DNA from: Bryobacterales bacterium
Lineage (GTDB): Bacteria; Acidobacteriota; Terriglobia; Bryobacterales; UBA6623
Length of the DNA: 64,000 nt
Assembly: GCA_965222095.1 (NCBI GenBank)
Contig: CBDCTD010000001.1
Location: 471,390-535,389, forward strand
Direction: 5' to 3'
In this document: positions 9,302 through 19,222 of the stretch, one piece after another
How positions within the stretch are numbered: position 1 is the first letter of the stretch
Layout: each line of letters starts with the position of its first letter
Position numbers and translations under genes: made by a program
Notes under the pieces: model-generated
Seen by the model: only the letters and a program-made list of their open reading frames with translations
The model's database searches: none
What the model was told of the DNA's origin: nothing

Positions 9302-11251
9302 ATGCATGTAAGGAACATACTTTCGCTCATCTTTGCTCTGCTGCTGCTGGTTCACGTCCCACTTGCCGCGCAGACGACCGCCTGGTCAGGCATCGACTAC
9401 AGCAGGGGCGCCGGGTTCCCCAATGTCTATAAGGCGCCCGAGGTGCCCGAGGCCAACATGGCCAATTCCCCGCGCTTGGACGAGCTTACCCGCGACGGCA
9501 AACTCTACTTGTCGCTCAGCGACGCCGTCGCGTTGGCCATCGAGAACAATCTTGACATCGCCTGGGCCCGCTATGGTCCCCAAGTCGCTGATACTGACAT
9601 TCTCCGGACCAAGTCGGGACAGCAACTCCGCGGGGTGCAGACTCAGATCAGTACGCTCTCTACCGGTCAGTCGGCGGCTGGGGGCGGGGGCGGGGCAGGC
9701 GGTGGGGACGTGACCGGCATCACGGGCCGCGCCGGCGGTGTCGGCAGCGGCGCCCAGGGCGTAGGTGACGCCTCGACCTTCTTCGGATCCGCCGTGCCCT
9801 CTCTTGAGCCCACGCTGACCGGCGGCATTGACTGGGGCCACTTCAGTAATCCGCAGACGAGCAGTTTCGTGACGGGAACCAACACGTTTGTCTCTGAAAC
9901 AAGCAACTCCAGCATCGGAGTTCAGAAGGGATTCTTGATGGGCACAAACGTCTCTCTCCGATGGGCCAATACCCGCTTCGACAGCAACTCGTTGCGCGCC
10001 AACTTCGATCCTTCATTGCGGAGCAACCTCACACTTCGTGTCACGCAAAACTTGCTCCAGGGATTCGGGCGCAGCGTCAACTCCCGCAACATTCGCATTG
10101 CCAAGAATAACCGCGAAGTATCGGACCTCGTTTTTAAGGCCCAGGTAATCACAACGGTCACCCAGGTGCAGAATCTCTATTGGGATCTGGTCAGCTTCCA
10201 AGCCGAGGTGCGCAGTCGGGAAGAAGATTTGCGTTTGTCGCAGAAACTCTATGAAGACAACAAACGACGGGTTGAGATCGGAACCTTGGCGCCGATCGAG
10301 ATTGTGAGAGCCGAGGCTGAAGTAGCGTCACGGCAGCAGGACTTGACCATTGCTGTCACCCGCGTTCAGGTTCAGGAAACCACGATCAAGAATGCCCTCA
10401 GCAAGAACGGCCTGGCGAGTCCATACCTACTCGATGTCGAGATCGTTCCCACCGACCGCATCGAAGTACCTGACATCGAGGAGATTCAACCCTTGCAGGA
10501 TCTCATGAGCCAGGCTCTTCGGTCGCGGCCCGAATTGACACAGTCCCGCATTCGATTAAGGAACCAAGACATTTCCCTCAAAGGCGTCCGCAACGCCATG
10601 CTTCCCCAGGTAAGCGTATTTGCCGACCTGACCAACAACGGCCTAGCCGGTCGTCTAAACGAGGATTTCATGGGTTTCCCGGGAATCGACAATCCAGTCT
10701 CGGATTTTTTTCTCGGGGGACTCGGCACGAGTCTTTCTCACTTGCTCCAACGGAACTTTCCTGACTACTCAATCGGAGTGCAAGTCAGCTTCCCTCTGAG
10801 GAACCGTCGGGCGCAGGCTGACATCACGGCTACGCTTCTCGAAAGGCGGCAAGAGGATATTCGGCTTCGGCAGCAGGAGAACGCGATTCGCGCCGAGGTT
10901 CGCAACGCCGTGATCGGCGTACAACAGGCCCGTGCAGTGTTCGCGGCTGCCGAGAAGACACGAATCCTTCAGGAGCAGACTCTTGACGCCGAGCAGAAAA
11001 AATTCAAGCTCGGGGCGTCAACCATCTTTTTCGTGGTGGAAGCGCAGCGTGATTTGGCGCTTGCCCGTTCAGCTGAGATCACCGCCCAGAATAACTACAT
11101 CAAAGCGAAGGTCGAGCTCGACCGCGCTATCGGCGAAACACTGGCCGCGAACAATATCGCCATCGACGAAGCATACGACGGCACGGTTTCAAAATCTCCT
11201 GATCCCATTCCGCCGAACCTCGAGACGGCGCAGCCTTCACCGCAGGGCTAG
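9302..11251 (+). CDS. TolC-family outer-membrane efflux protein
   Basis: Listed ORF starts at 9170, but Met 9302 gives the signal peptide MHVRNILSLIFALLLLVHVPLAAQ. Two long coiled alpha/beta repeats are typical of OMF/TolC proteins (LSLSDAVALAIENNLDI..., ...AQNNYIKAKVELDRAIG). Confidence 0.8.
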   Translation: MHVRNILSLIFALLLLVHVPLAAQTTAWSGIDYSRGAGFPNVYKAPEVPEANMANSPRLDELTRDGKLYLSLSDAVALAIENNLDIAWARYGPQVADTDILRTKSGQQLRGVQTQISTLSTGQSAAGGGGGAGGGDVTGITGRAGGVGSGAQGVGDASTFFGSAVPSLEPTLTGGIDWGHFSNPQTSSFVTGTNTFVSETSNSSIGVQKGFLMGTNVSLRWANTRFDSNSLRANFDPSLRSNLTLRVTQNLLQGFGRSVNSRNIRIAKNNREVSDLVFKAQVITTVTQVQNLYWDLVSFQAEVRSREEDLRLSQKLYEDNKRRVEIGTLAPIEIVRAEAEVASRQQDLTIAVTRVQVQETTIKNALSKNGLASPYLLDVEIVPTDRIEVPDIEEIQPLQDLMSQALRSRPELTQSRIRLRNQDISLKGVRNAMLPQVSVFADLTNNGLAGRLNEDFMGFPGIDNPVSDFFLGGLGTSLSHLLQRNFPDYSIGVQVSFPLRNRRAQADITATLLERRQEDIRLRQQENAIRAEVRNAVIGVQQARAVFAAAEKTRILQEQTLDAEQKKFKLGASTIFFVVEAQRDLALARSAEITAQNNYIKAKVELDRAIGETLAANNIAIDEAYDGTVSKSPDPIPPNLETAQPSPQG

Positions 11252-11382
11252 GGAAACCGCAGGAAAGCACGGCCTGTCGGCCCAGAATCTCCAAGGTCCA
11301 CCCGGCTTCTGATAGGAGGCGTATCGACACAACTGGGCGGGCACTGTGGCCCGCGCCTACGCGCCCCTCGCGACAAGTCCTG

Positions 11383-13080
11383 CTAGACCTCGCCCTTCCT
11401 CGCCTCCTCCAAGAGATAATCCGATAGCCGCCAGGAGAGAGCCTTTATAGCCAGGGTCGGGTTCTTGTCGGGGTTGCTCACGAACGCGGCGCCATCGGCG
11501 ACGAAGAGGTTTTTCACATCGTGAGCCTGGCTGTATTTGTTGACGACCGAGGTTCGCGGGTCGTCTCCCATGCGCGCCCCGCCGACCTCGTGAATGATCG
11601 ACCCCGGCGCGTTGATCTTCGCCCCTCCCCCGGGATGGTCTTCCCTGAGGTTGATTTCCCCTCCGAGTACGTGAATGATCTCCTGGAAGGTCTCCAGCAT
11701 GTGCTGGGCCATCTTGAGTTCCGGCTCAGCCCACTTCCAATGAAAGCGAAGGACAGGGATGCCCCAACGGTCGACCTTCTCGGGGTCGATGTCGCAGTAG
11801 CAGTCGTCGTTGGGAATCATCTCGCCTCGACCCGCGAAGCCGATTTGCGCCCCATAGTGCCGGCGTAGCTCTTGTTTGAGTCGCGGTCCGTAGCCCTCCA
11901 CTTCATCGGCCTTCCCACGAAACGTCCCGGTAACAGGCATGCCGGGCCCACCCCCAAATTCAATGTGGTAGCCGCGAGGAAAATCGGGCTTCCGATCCTT
12001 CTCGTAGAGCCACCACGGGCAATAGAGGTGCAGTCCACTCACTCCATCGTGGTTGTGCGATTTCAATCCTTCCATATAAGGGAAATGCGCGCCAACGTGA
12101 ACCCCGACGGTGTCGGTGAGGTAGCGCCCGAGGACGCCGCTCGAGTTAGCCAGCCCGTTGGGATGGCGGGGCGACTTCGAGTTGAGCAAAAGCCTGACCG
12201 ACTCACAAGAGCTCGCACCAAGGATGAACGTCTTGGCGCGGATCTGCTTCTCCGTGCGCGTCGTCTTGTCGACGTAGGAAACCGCGACAAGCTTGCCCTC
12301 CTGGTCCGTCACCAACTCGCGAGCCATGGCGTTGGTAAGAAGCGTCACATTACCGGTCGCTAGCGCCGGAAAAACCAACACCTGACTGGCGGAAAAGTTC
12401 GACGCGGTGACGCAACCCCGCCCGCATTGACCGCAATAATGACACTCCGGACGTCCGTTGAGAGGACGCGTCAGGACAGCCCTTCGACCGGGAATGCAGG
12501 GAATGCGAAGAGTGTCGCACGCTCGCTTGACAAGATGGTCCACACACCGCGGCTCCGGAGGCGGCAAAAAGATGCCGTCGGGCGCGGTGGGGATGCCCTC
12601 CTTCGTCCCGTAGATGCCGACGAGTCGCTCGACCCTATCGTAGTAGGGAGCAATATCGTCGTAGGTGATGGGCCAGTCGTCGCCGTAGCCGTCGATGCTG
12701 CGACCGCGGAAGTCGTAGTCGGCGAATCGCAGTGAGATGCGGCCGTAGTGGTTCGTCCGCCCGCCGACGATGCGGGACCGAAACCACTGAAACTCGGGCG
12801 ATCCCTCGGCCGTGGTATACGGCTCGTCGTCTCTCCAGCGGAATTGGTTGGGCGCCGCAAAGCGTCCGCGCCTTTCCCGAAAACCGAGTCCGCGGTGTTC
12901 GACCTCATAGGGCCAAAGGTGCTCGAGAAAATCCTTCGACGGATCGACGGGCGGTCCAGCTTCGAGCAAAGCAACCTTGGCTCCGCCCTCGGCCAGGACC
13001 TTGGCCGCCATCCCGCCGGCCGCACCCGAGCCGATGATGGCGACGTCGTAAACTTTCGGACTGCGAATGATTTGAAGCAT
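11383..13080 (-). CDS. GMC-family FAD-dependent oxidoreductase (paralog 1)
   Basis: FAD-binding fingerprint YDVAIIGSGAAGGMAAKVLAEGGAKVALLEAG. Shares long identical blocks with the 13895-15595 product. Start taken at Met 13080; the listed ORF extends to 13110. Confidence 0.85.
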   Translation of the reverse strand: MLQIIRSPKVYDVAIIGSGAAGGMAAKVLAEGGAKVALLEAGPPVDPSKDFLEHLWPYEVEHRGLGFRERRGRFAAPNQFRWRDDEPYTTAEGSPEFQWFRSRIVGGRTNHYGRISLRFADYDFRGRSIDGYGDDWPITYDDIAPYYDRVERLVGIYGTKEGIPTAPDGIFLPPPEPRCVDHLVKRACDTLRIPCIPGRRAVLTRPLNGRPECHYCGQCGRGCVTASNFSASQVLVFPALATGNVTLLTNAMARELVTDQEGKLVAVSYVDKTTRTEKQIRAKTFILGASSCESVRLLLNSKSPRHPNGLANSSGVLGRYLTDTVGVHVGAHFPYMEGLKSHNHDGVSGLHLYCPWWLYEKDRKPDFPRGYHIEFGGGPGMPVTGTFRGKADEVEGYGPRLKQELRRHYGAQIGFAGRGEMIPNDDCYCDIDPEKVDRWGIPVLRFHWKWAEPELKMAQHMLETFQEIIHVLGGEINLREDHPGGGAKINAPGSIIHEVGGARMGDDPRTSVVNKYSQAHDVKNLFVADGAAFVSNPDKNPTLAIKALSWRLSDYLLEEARKGEV

Positions 13081-13164
13081 AGAAAGCCTTAGGACTAGTG
13101 GGCACGGCATGCCGTGCCCCTACGCGTGCTCACCGGGGCGGCACGTCAACTGCCGGCTACACGG

Positions 13165-13262
13165 TAGCCAAAAAATCGGGACAGTCACCGATTTTCGCTG
13201 TCTACTCCAGATTGAAGGCAAGGTAGCTGCAAAGGCGAAAATCGTTGACTGTCCCCATTTTT
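13165..13262. repeat. palindromic intergenic element, copy B (PAL family)
   Basis: CCAAAAAATCGGGACAGTCACCGATTTTCGC ... GCGAAAATCGTTGACTGTCCCCATTTTT. It sits between the Tat-subunit gene and GMC paralog 1. Confidence 0.8.
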
Positions 13263-13263
13263 C

Positions 13264-13893
13264 TTACACCGGCGCCCGATCCAACAACTGTTTCACCACA
13301 TCCTCGCCGCAGCCGTGGTACTCGCTGAGGGCGTCGTTGCCGCCGTAGCCGACGTCTTCGATACCCTCTTTGCTCGTATAGAAAGCGTCTACGGTCCACT
13401 CCCGCATCAGTGAAAAGAACTCGATGCCCGGTCCCAGGTTCGGAGACTCATTCTTGCGATAGGCAATCAGATCGAGCATCTGCTGCTGCTCGCCTTTCGT
13501 CGCCTCGATGAACGACTTCCCGACGCGCCGGCGCATCTGGTTGTCTAACCAGCCCAATCCACCGCTGAAAGCGAGCTGCAGCTTTTCCTTCGCGCCGGCC
13601 ATCAAGTCGATCAGCTCGGCTGTCCCTCCAGCGATACCTCCCTGTGACTTTTCGTCGGGTGGGATGATCCAGTCCGAGAGCACCTGCAGGGTTTTGAACT
13701 CGTGCTCGTTGAAGTATTTTCGCTTGTAAGGTCCGGTGGGCTTCGGTTCACCTTGGGCCTTGTGCCGGTGCTCATGCGGAGGAGCCTGCTGGGCCAGGGC
13801 CGAAGCGGGCACGAATCCGGCGCCCGCGGCCGTCAAGCCGGTCCTCTTGAGCATCTCGCGCCGGGAAAGTTGGTTCTTCTTCCGGTCAGCCAT
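13264..13893 (-). CDS. gluconate 2-dehydrogenase subunit 3-family protein with Tat signal
   Basis: Twin-arginine leader SRREMLKRTGLTAAGAGF. The rest resembles the small subunits that partner GMC dehydrogenases (...FKTLQVLSDWIIPPDEKSQGG...). Confidence 0.75.
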   Translation of the reverse strand: MADRKKNQLSRREMLKRTGLTAAGAGFVPASALAQQAPPHEHRHKAQGEPKPTGPYKRKYFNEHEFKTLQVLSDWIIPPDEKSQGGIAGGTAELIDLMAGAKEKLQLAFSGGLGWLDNQMRRRVGKSFIEATKGEQQQMLDLIAYRKNESPNLGPGIEFFSLMREWTVDAFYTSKEGIEDVGYGGNDALSEYHGCGEDVVKQLLDRAPV

Positions 13894-13894
13894 G

Positions 13895-15595
13895 TTAGAC
13901 GTTTCCTTTCTTGGCTTCGTCGAGCAGGTAATCCGCCATGCGCCATGAGAGCGCGGTAATGGTCAGCGTCGGGTTCTTGTCCGGATTCGTAGTGAACACC
14001 CCACCGTCAGCCACGAAGACGTTCTTCACGTCGTGGGCCTGGCTGTAGCGATTCACAACCGACGTCTTGGGGTCGTTTCCCATACGTGTCGTCCCGACTT
14101 CGTGGATAACACCCCCCGGGGCGTCAATCTCGGGTCCGTGCAGGCCGTCTCCCTCCCGCACCACGACGTCGCCTCCCAGGAGGTCGATCATCTCCCGGAA
14201 GGTCTGCTTCATATGCTCCGCCATCTTGAGTTCCGGTTCCGCCCATTTCCAATGGAAGCGAAGCACGGGAATGCCCCAGTGATCGACCACCTCGGGATCA
14301 ATGTTACAGTAGCAATTGTCGTTCGGAATCATCTCGCCCCGACCGGTAAGAGTAAACTCGGAGCCGTAGTATTGGCGCAAGTGTTGCTTTAGGTCTAAGC
14401 CATATCCCTCTGTGTTATTGAGAGTTCGATCGAAGTCACCTGCCCCCGGCATTTTCGGCCCGCCCCACCACTCAATGTGGTAACCGCGGGGGAAGTTGGG
14501 CTTACGGTCGTTCTCATAGAGCCACCAGGGGCAGTACATATGCGCGCCGCCAGCCCCGTCATTGTTGTGTGGCTTGAGCCCTTCGAGGGAAGGAACGTGG
14601 ACCCGGAAGTGGACCGCCACCGAATCAGTGAGATTGCGCCCGACAGCATTGCTGGAGTTAGCCAGTCCGTTGGGGAAGCGGGTGGATTTCGAGTTGAGCA
14701 ACAGCCGGGCCGACTCGCAGGAGCTGGCGCCCAGCACGAACGTCTTGCCCCGGATCTGCCGCTCGCTGCGATCCGTCTTGTCCACGTAGGAGACGGCAAC
14801 GACCTTGCCTTCTCGGTCGGTGACCAACTCGCGAGCCATCGCGTTTGTAAGCAGGGTTAGGTTGCCGGTCTCGAGCGCAGGGAAAACGAGAACTTGGCTC
14901 GCCGAAAAGTTGGATGCGGAGACGCAGCCGCGTCCGCACTGGCCGCAGTAGTGGCAGGCAGGGCGCCCATTAAGCGGACGAGTCAGAACGGCTCGCCGAC
15001 CCGCAATACAGGGGATCTTGACTTTGTCACAAACTCTTTTGACCAGATGGTCGAGGCACTTCGGCTCGGGAGGAGGCTGGAAAATGCCGTCCGGGGCGCT
15101 GCGGATCCCCTCTTTCGATCCGTAGACGCCGATCAGACGCTCGGCCTTGTCGTAATAGGGCGCCAGGTCTTCGTACGTGATGGGCCAATCGTCGCCGTAG
15201 CCGTCGAGGCTTCGCCCGCGAAAATCGTAGTCGGCGAATCGGAGCGAGATTCGACCGTAGTGGTTCGTGCGTCCACCGACAATGCGCGAACGAGACCAGG
15301 AGAATTCCGGAGATCCCGGAGCGTTGGTGTAGGGTTCCTTGTCGCTCCAGCGGAATCTGTTTGGGGCGCCGAACCCTGCTCGGCCGCCCGGCAGACCGAG
15401 CCCGCGGTGTTTGACCTCGTAGGGCCAAACGTGCTCCAGATAGTCTTTGGAAGGGTCAAGCGGGGGACCGGCCTCGAGCAGAGCGACTTTCGCGCCGGCA
15501 TCGCAAAGAACCTTGGCCGCCATGCCGCCGGCCGCGCCCGAGCCGATTACAACGACATCGTAGACTTCTCTGCTGCCGATGACTTGAGACATCAC
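13895..15595 (-). CDS. GMC-family FAD-dependent oxidoreductase (paralog 2)
   Basis: YDVVVIGSGAAGGMAAKVLCDAGAKVALLEAG. Collinear with paralog 1 along its full length. Confidence 0.85.
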   Translation of the reverse strand: MMSQVIGSREVYDVVVIGSGAAGGMAAKVLCDAGAKVALLEAGPPLDPSKDYLEHVWPYEVKHRGLGLPGGRAGFGAPNRFRWSDKEPYTNAPGSPEFSWSRSRIVGGRTNHYGRISLRFADYDFRGRSLDGYGDDWPITYEDLAPYYDKAERLIGVYGSKEGIRSAPDGIFQPPPEPKCLDHLVKRVCDKVKIPCIAGRRAVLTRPLNGRPACHYCGQCGRGCVSASNFSASQVLVFPALETGNLTLLTNAMARELVTDREGKVVAVSYVDKTDRSERQIRGKTFVLGASSCESARLLLNSKSTRFPNGLANSSNAVGRNLTDSVAVHFRVHVPSLEGLKPHNNDGAGGAHMYCPWWLYENDRKPNFPRGYHIEWWGGPKMPGAGDFDRTLNNTEGYGLDLKQHLRQYYGSEFTLTGRGEMIPNDNCYCNIDPEVVDHWGIPVLRFHWKWAEPELKMAEHMKQTFREMIDLLGGDVVVREGDGLHGPEIDAPGGVIHEVGTTRMGNDPKTSVVNRYSQAHDVKNVFVADGGVFTTNPDKNPTLTITALSWRMADYLLDEAKKGNV

Positions 15596-15632
15596 CTATT
15601 GGGGGGCAGACGCAGAAGGCTGTCGGCGCTTA

Positions 15633-15669
15633 GCGCGCATTTCTCACCACCTGACTGTCGAAGTACGCG
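15633..15669 (-). promoter_or_regulatory. conserved upstream motif, copy 1 (UP motif)
   Basis: GCGCGCATTTCTCACCACCTGACTGTCGAAGTACGCG, 38 nt upstream of the GMC paralog 2 start. Near-identical to 43867-43903. Confidence 0.5.
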
Positions 15670-15873
15670 TCAAATAGGACAAGCGATCCCGGGAGGCGCA
15701 CCCAGGCTAGAGCTGTTGGGCAGGCCCTGTGTCTTCAACAGCATTGTCCTGCGCCCCTGCGGGGCTTGTTCGCTTGTGCATACCGAACCCACGGTTTCGC
15801 CTAGCGGCTCCACCGTGGGCTACTATCCTACGCCCCCTGCGGGGGCTGAAGCACACCAAGTGACGAGTAGGGG

Positions 15874-16656
15874 CTAGCCGGCCACTTGGTTTTTCAGGAT
15901 CCCGATGCCGTCAACCTCAACCTCGACCTCGTCACCGGGCTTCATCGGGCTCGTCGTGCCGGGAGTTCCGGAATAGATCACGTCACCGGGGGTTAGCGTC
16001 ACGTAGTGGCTGATAAAGCTCACCAGTTCCCGAGGGCCGAAGATGAGGTCGCTCGCGAATTGTGACTGCTTGACCTCGCCGTTGAGGCGCAACTGAATCC
16101 GCGACTTCTCGTAATCGAGGCCGCTGGCGATGGCAGGACCGAGGGGCCCAAACGTGTCGCTGCCCTTGGCGCGCCACCATTGTAGGTCTTGGGTGTCCCC
16201 CAGCGAGCCGAGCTGCCAGTTTCGATCGCTGACGTCGTTGCCGCAGGTGTAGCCGAAGATATGGTCATCCGCGTCATCCACGGAGATGCCCTTCGCCGTC
16301 TTCCCGACCACGACTACGAGTTCAGCCTCGTAATGAACATCCCGGGCTCCGGTTGGGAAAACAATATCGTCGCCCGGATCGGTTAGGGCCGTGGGCGGCT
16401 TGTAGAAGATTTCCGGATTCGTCGGCGCCGGATGATCTCCCAGGTGACTGCGATAGTTGAGCCCGACGCAGAGCACTTTGGAAGGCTCGCACGGGTAGCG
16501 CAACTTGACGTCGTCGAGTGGCACGGTTTTTCCGGTCGGGGTCCGCTCTCCGAATAGCCCACCATCGATTTCCTTGATCGTCTCGCCATCAAGAATGCCG
16601 TAGGAAACACGCCCGTCGTGTCCATAGCGGACATAACGGGTTACCGAATCGCTCAT
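15874..16656 (-). CDS. fumarylacetoacetate hydrolase (FAH) family protein
   Basis: The FAH-fold C-terminal domain pattern is present (...VLCVGLNYRSHLG..., ...YEAELVVVVGK..., ...GDVIYSGTPGTTSPMKPGDEVEV...). Confidence 0.8.
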   Translation of the reverse strand: MSDSVTRYVRYGHDGRVSYGILDGETIKEIDGGLFGERTPTGKTVPLDDVKLRYPCEPSKVLCVGLNYRSHLGDHPAPTNPEIFYKPPTALTDPGDDIVFPTGARDVHYEAELVVVVGKTAKGISVDDADDHIFGYTCGNDVSDRNWQLGSLGDTQDLQWWRAKGSDTFGPLGPAIASGLDYEKSRIQLRLNGEVKQSQFASDLIFGPRELVSFISHYVTLTPGDVIYSGTPGTTSPMKPGDEVEVEVDGIGILKNQVAG

Positions 16657-16913
16657 GAACGTGAACCTCCCGGCCGACTGTGCGGCACGATGAAAGATTA
16701 CCTAAACCCCGGCGGGAAACGGTCCCGAGGATTCGACTAGTCTAGCAAAGTGCTTTCGGAGGGGCGTCTAGGCGCACGTTGTGCGCGTTGCGTGGTCGGC
16801 AACGAGAGGTAAGCCATCTTGCGGCGCGCGCATTCGTGCGTGCCGCGCCGCCATCCGTGGCGACGTCAGGCGGCGCCGAACCGGGTTCAAGAGCCCCAGC
16901 GTCTGACCAGCTC

Positions 16914-17768
16914 TTAGCCCTTGACGCCGTTTCGCAGCACCCCGATGCCGTCGATTTCGACCTCGACCACGTCGCCGGCTTTGATGCGACTCGTCTTCCC
17001 GGGCGTGCCCGTATAGATCACATCCCCGGGACCCAAGGTTATGTGTTGGCTGATAAAGCTCACAACAGCGGGTGGCTTGAAAATCAAGTCCGAGAGCATT
17101 TGCTTCTGCTTGACTTCTCCGTTGAGCCGCAACTGCATCTGAGACTTCTCGTAGTCCAGACCGACGGCTATAGCCGGGCCCATGGGCGCGAAAGTGTCGC
17201 TACCTTTAGCCCGCCACCACTGTACGTCCTTCTGGTCGCCGAGCGAGCCGTTCTGCCAGTTGCGCTCGCTGATGTCGTTGCCACAGGTGTAACCAAGAAT
17301 ATGGTCGGCGGCCTGGTCTTCGGGCACGCGCCGGGCCCTCTTGCCGATCACAATCACGAACTCCGCCTCGAAGTGAACATCTTGCGCTCCGGGGGGAAAC
17401 ACGATATTCGCCTCCGGGCTCAGCAGCGCCGTGTTCGCCTTGAAAAAGGGCTCCGGGTTCTTCGGTGCGGGCTGGTCCCCCAGGTGGCTCTGGTAGTTTC
17501 CCGCCAGCGCCAAAACTTTGCGCGGGCGGATGGGATAAAGCAACTTGACCTCCCCGAGGGGGATGGTAGTCCCCGTTTCCGCCCGGCTGCCGAAAAGGTT
17601 GCCTTCAATTTGGCGAACGGTCTCGCCGTCCAGTATCCCAAACGACGTCTTGCGTTGATGCCGGTATCGAACTAACCGAGTTACCCCACTACGCTTCGAT
17701 GGTGCGCAGGTGAGGCTCGCCGCACCGGTGGCTAGGGCCGTGAAGAACGCTCTGCGGGATGATCGCAT
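16914..17768 (-). CDS. FAH-family protein with twin-arginine signal peptide
   Basis: Paralog of 15874-16656, preceded by MRSSRRAFFTALATGAASLTCAPS (an SRRxFF Tat motif). Confidence 0.75.
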   Translation of the reverse strand: MRSSRRAFFTALATGAASLTCAPSKRSGVTRLVRYRHQRKTSFGILDGETVRQIEGNLFGSRAETGTTIPLGEVKLLYPIRPRKVLALAGNYQSHLGDQPAPKNPEPFFKANTALLSPEANIVFPPGAQDVHFEAEFVIVIGKRARRVPEDQAADHILGYTCGNDISERNWQNGSLGDQKDVQWWRAKGSDTFAPMGPAIAVGLDYEKSQMQLRLNGEVKQKQMLSDLIFKPPAVVSFISQHITLGPGDVIYTGTPGKTSRIKAGDVVEVEIDGIGVLRNGVKG

Positions 17769-17871
17769 GATCTCCCTCCTTTTTAGGAATCTGGGCCAGT
17801 CTACCAGAATTCATTGGAGGACCGGGTTGACGAGGGGCTCGGGCTTGTTGCGAAGTGAGAAACTAGGTTCG

Positions 17872-17975
17872 GCAAAAATAGGGACATTTCATCAGCCGGG
17901 AAAAGACACTCTTGCAGCCATCAAAGCGAGTGTAGCAGCGCGAATGCAGCGTCACTCGTACCGGATAGAACTGTC
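17872..17975. repeat. degenerate PAL-family copy C
   Basis: GGCAAAAATAGGGACATTTCATC matches the reverse complement of the copy A right arm (CGGCAAAAATAGGGAC). The partner arm is eroded (..AACTGTCAGAC..). Confidence 0.3.
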
Positions 17976-18082
17976 AGACTTGCCCCGCGCCCCTCAGTCT
18001 TCTGCTACCTTTCTTGCAAGCACCAACTCGATCAACTGCTTCACGCATCGACGCTCGATGTGCCGTGAGGGTCTGATCCGAA

Positions 18083-18562
18083 ATGAAGGGTATACACACT
18101 TCACCCGAAAAACTCGCTCCCGTCTTGTGGTTGCTCCTGGTCGCTTTTGTTGGCCGCGTGCTCGGGCAAGCACTCGTCGCTCTCGCACAGGTTCCTTGGC
18201 TGCCGCCGATGGATGCCTGGATGTCGGGCCTGTTGGCGTACCCTTATCTACTGGTCTCGCAGATCGTCATCATGGCAGCCTGCGTCAAGGTGTGCGTGGA
18301 TTTTTCGCGGGGACGGGGCTGGACGGTGCGGCCTCGTCGTTTTATGGCGCGAGGCGCGCTTTACTTCGGATATCTCTACTTCGCCGGGATGATTCTACGC
18401 TACGTCCTGCAAATGATCCTACTCCCGGAAACGCGCTGGCTGGGAGGAACGATACCGATCTTCTTCCACCTGGTCCTAGCGACTTTTCTTATTCTCGTGA
18501 GTTTGTGGCACCGAGCGCAGTTAGAAACGACCGAGACCGCCGGCTCAGCCTCCAGAAAATGA
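18083..18562 (+). CDS. hypothetical membrane protein
   Basis: 159-aa ORF with about 4 hydrophobic helices. No family recognised. Confidence 0.45.
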   Translation: MKGIHTSPEKLAPVLWLLLVAFVGRVLGQALVALAQVPWLPPMDAWMSGLLAYPYLLVSQIVIMAACVKVCVDFSRGRGWTVRPRRFMARGALYFGYLYFAGMILRYVLQMILLPETRWLGGTIPIFFHLVLATFLILVSLWHRAQLETTETAGSASRK

Positions 18563-18661
18563 GAACCCCTCGATCACGATCGGCCCGCAGTACGGGCTGC
18601 ATCTACTGGTTGTCACTTACGATGGGTTCTCCTAGAATGAAGCAGCCTTCGGGAGAAGAAG

Positions 18662-19100
18662 ATGCAACAACACGTCAAGATCCTGGGTGTCATACACATC
18701 GTAATGGGCAGCCTCGCTGTATTGATGGGCTTGGTGGCTATGATAGTTTTTCTTTTGGGCGGAGCGCTCGTAGGGGCCGCCGCGGCGCATGATCCAGAGG
18801 CGGCTTGCCGCACCCCTGCTGGGATTCATCGGTGGCGTCTTGTTCTTCCTGATAGCAGTATTGGCGGTTCCCGGAATCATCGCCGGGGTCGGACTGTTAA
18901 AGTATCGCCCTTGGGCGCGCATCCTGACCATCGTCCTCTCGGCGCTCCAACTCTTCAGCGTGCCGATAGGAACCGCTGTGGGAATCTATGGCCTCTGGAC
19001 CATGCTTAACAATGAAACAGAACAGCTGTTCACCACGTCAGGCACAGCTTTCGCTACACCCGCCACCCAAAACCCTCCGGGCCGGCCACCCACCAGCTAG
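18662..19100 (+). pseudogene. small 4-TM membrane protein split by a frameshift (or two overlapping ORFs)
   Basis: The 18662 ORF starts MQQHVKILGVIHIVMGSLAVLMGLVAMIVFLLGG...AAAHDPEAA, then loses hydrophobic character. The 18789 ORF in another frame continues with LAAPLLGFIGGVLFFLIAVLAVPGIIAGVGLLKYRPWARILTIVLSALQLF. Confidence 0.4.
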
Positions 19101-19102
19101 CA

Positions 19103-19222
19103 GCCCGCGGTGAAAGTAAAGCTCGCGAAAATCGGGTACAGCCAGCCAATTCGCCTCAGGCCAAGCGCTTTGTTTCGAGGGTCAAGACGGGAGGCGAATA
19201 GGTGGCAGTCACCGTTTTTCGC
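19103..19222. repeat. palindromic intergenic element, copy D (PAL family, divergent)
   Basis: GGTGAAAGT lead-in, then GCGAAAATCGGGTACAGCCAGCCAATTCGCC ... GGCGAATAGGTGGCAGTCACCGTTTTTCGC. Confidence 0.65.

Noticed and set aside
16517-16532. TGGCACGGTTTTTCC resembling a -24/-12 promoter.
   Set aside because: It lies inside the FAH-family coding sequence on the non-coding strand, and the -12 element is TTCC rather than TTGC.
16860-16913. GGGTTCAAGAGCCCC resembles a tRNA T-arm.
   Set aside because: The flanking bases do not form a T-stem or an acceptor stem, and no cloverleaf can be drawn.
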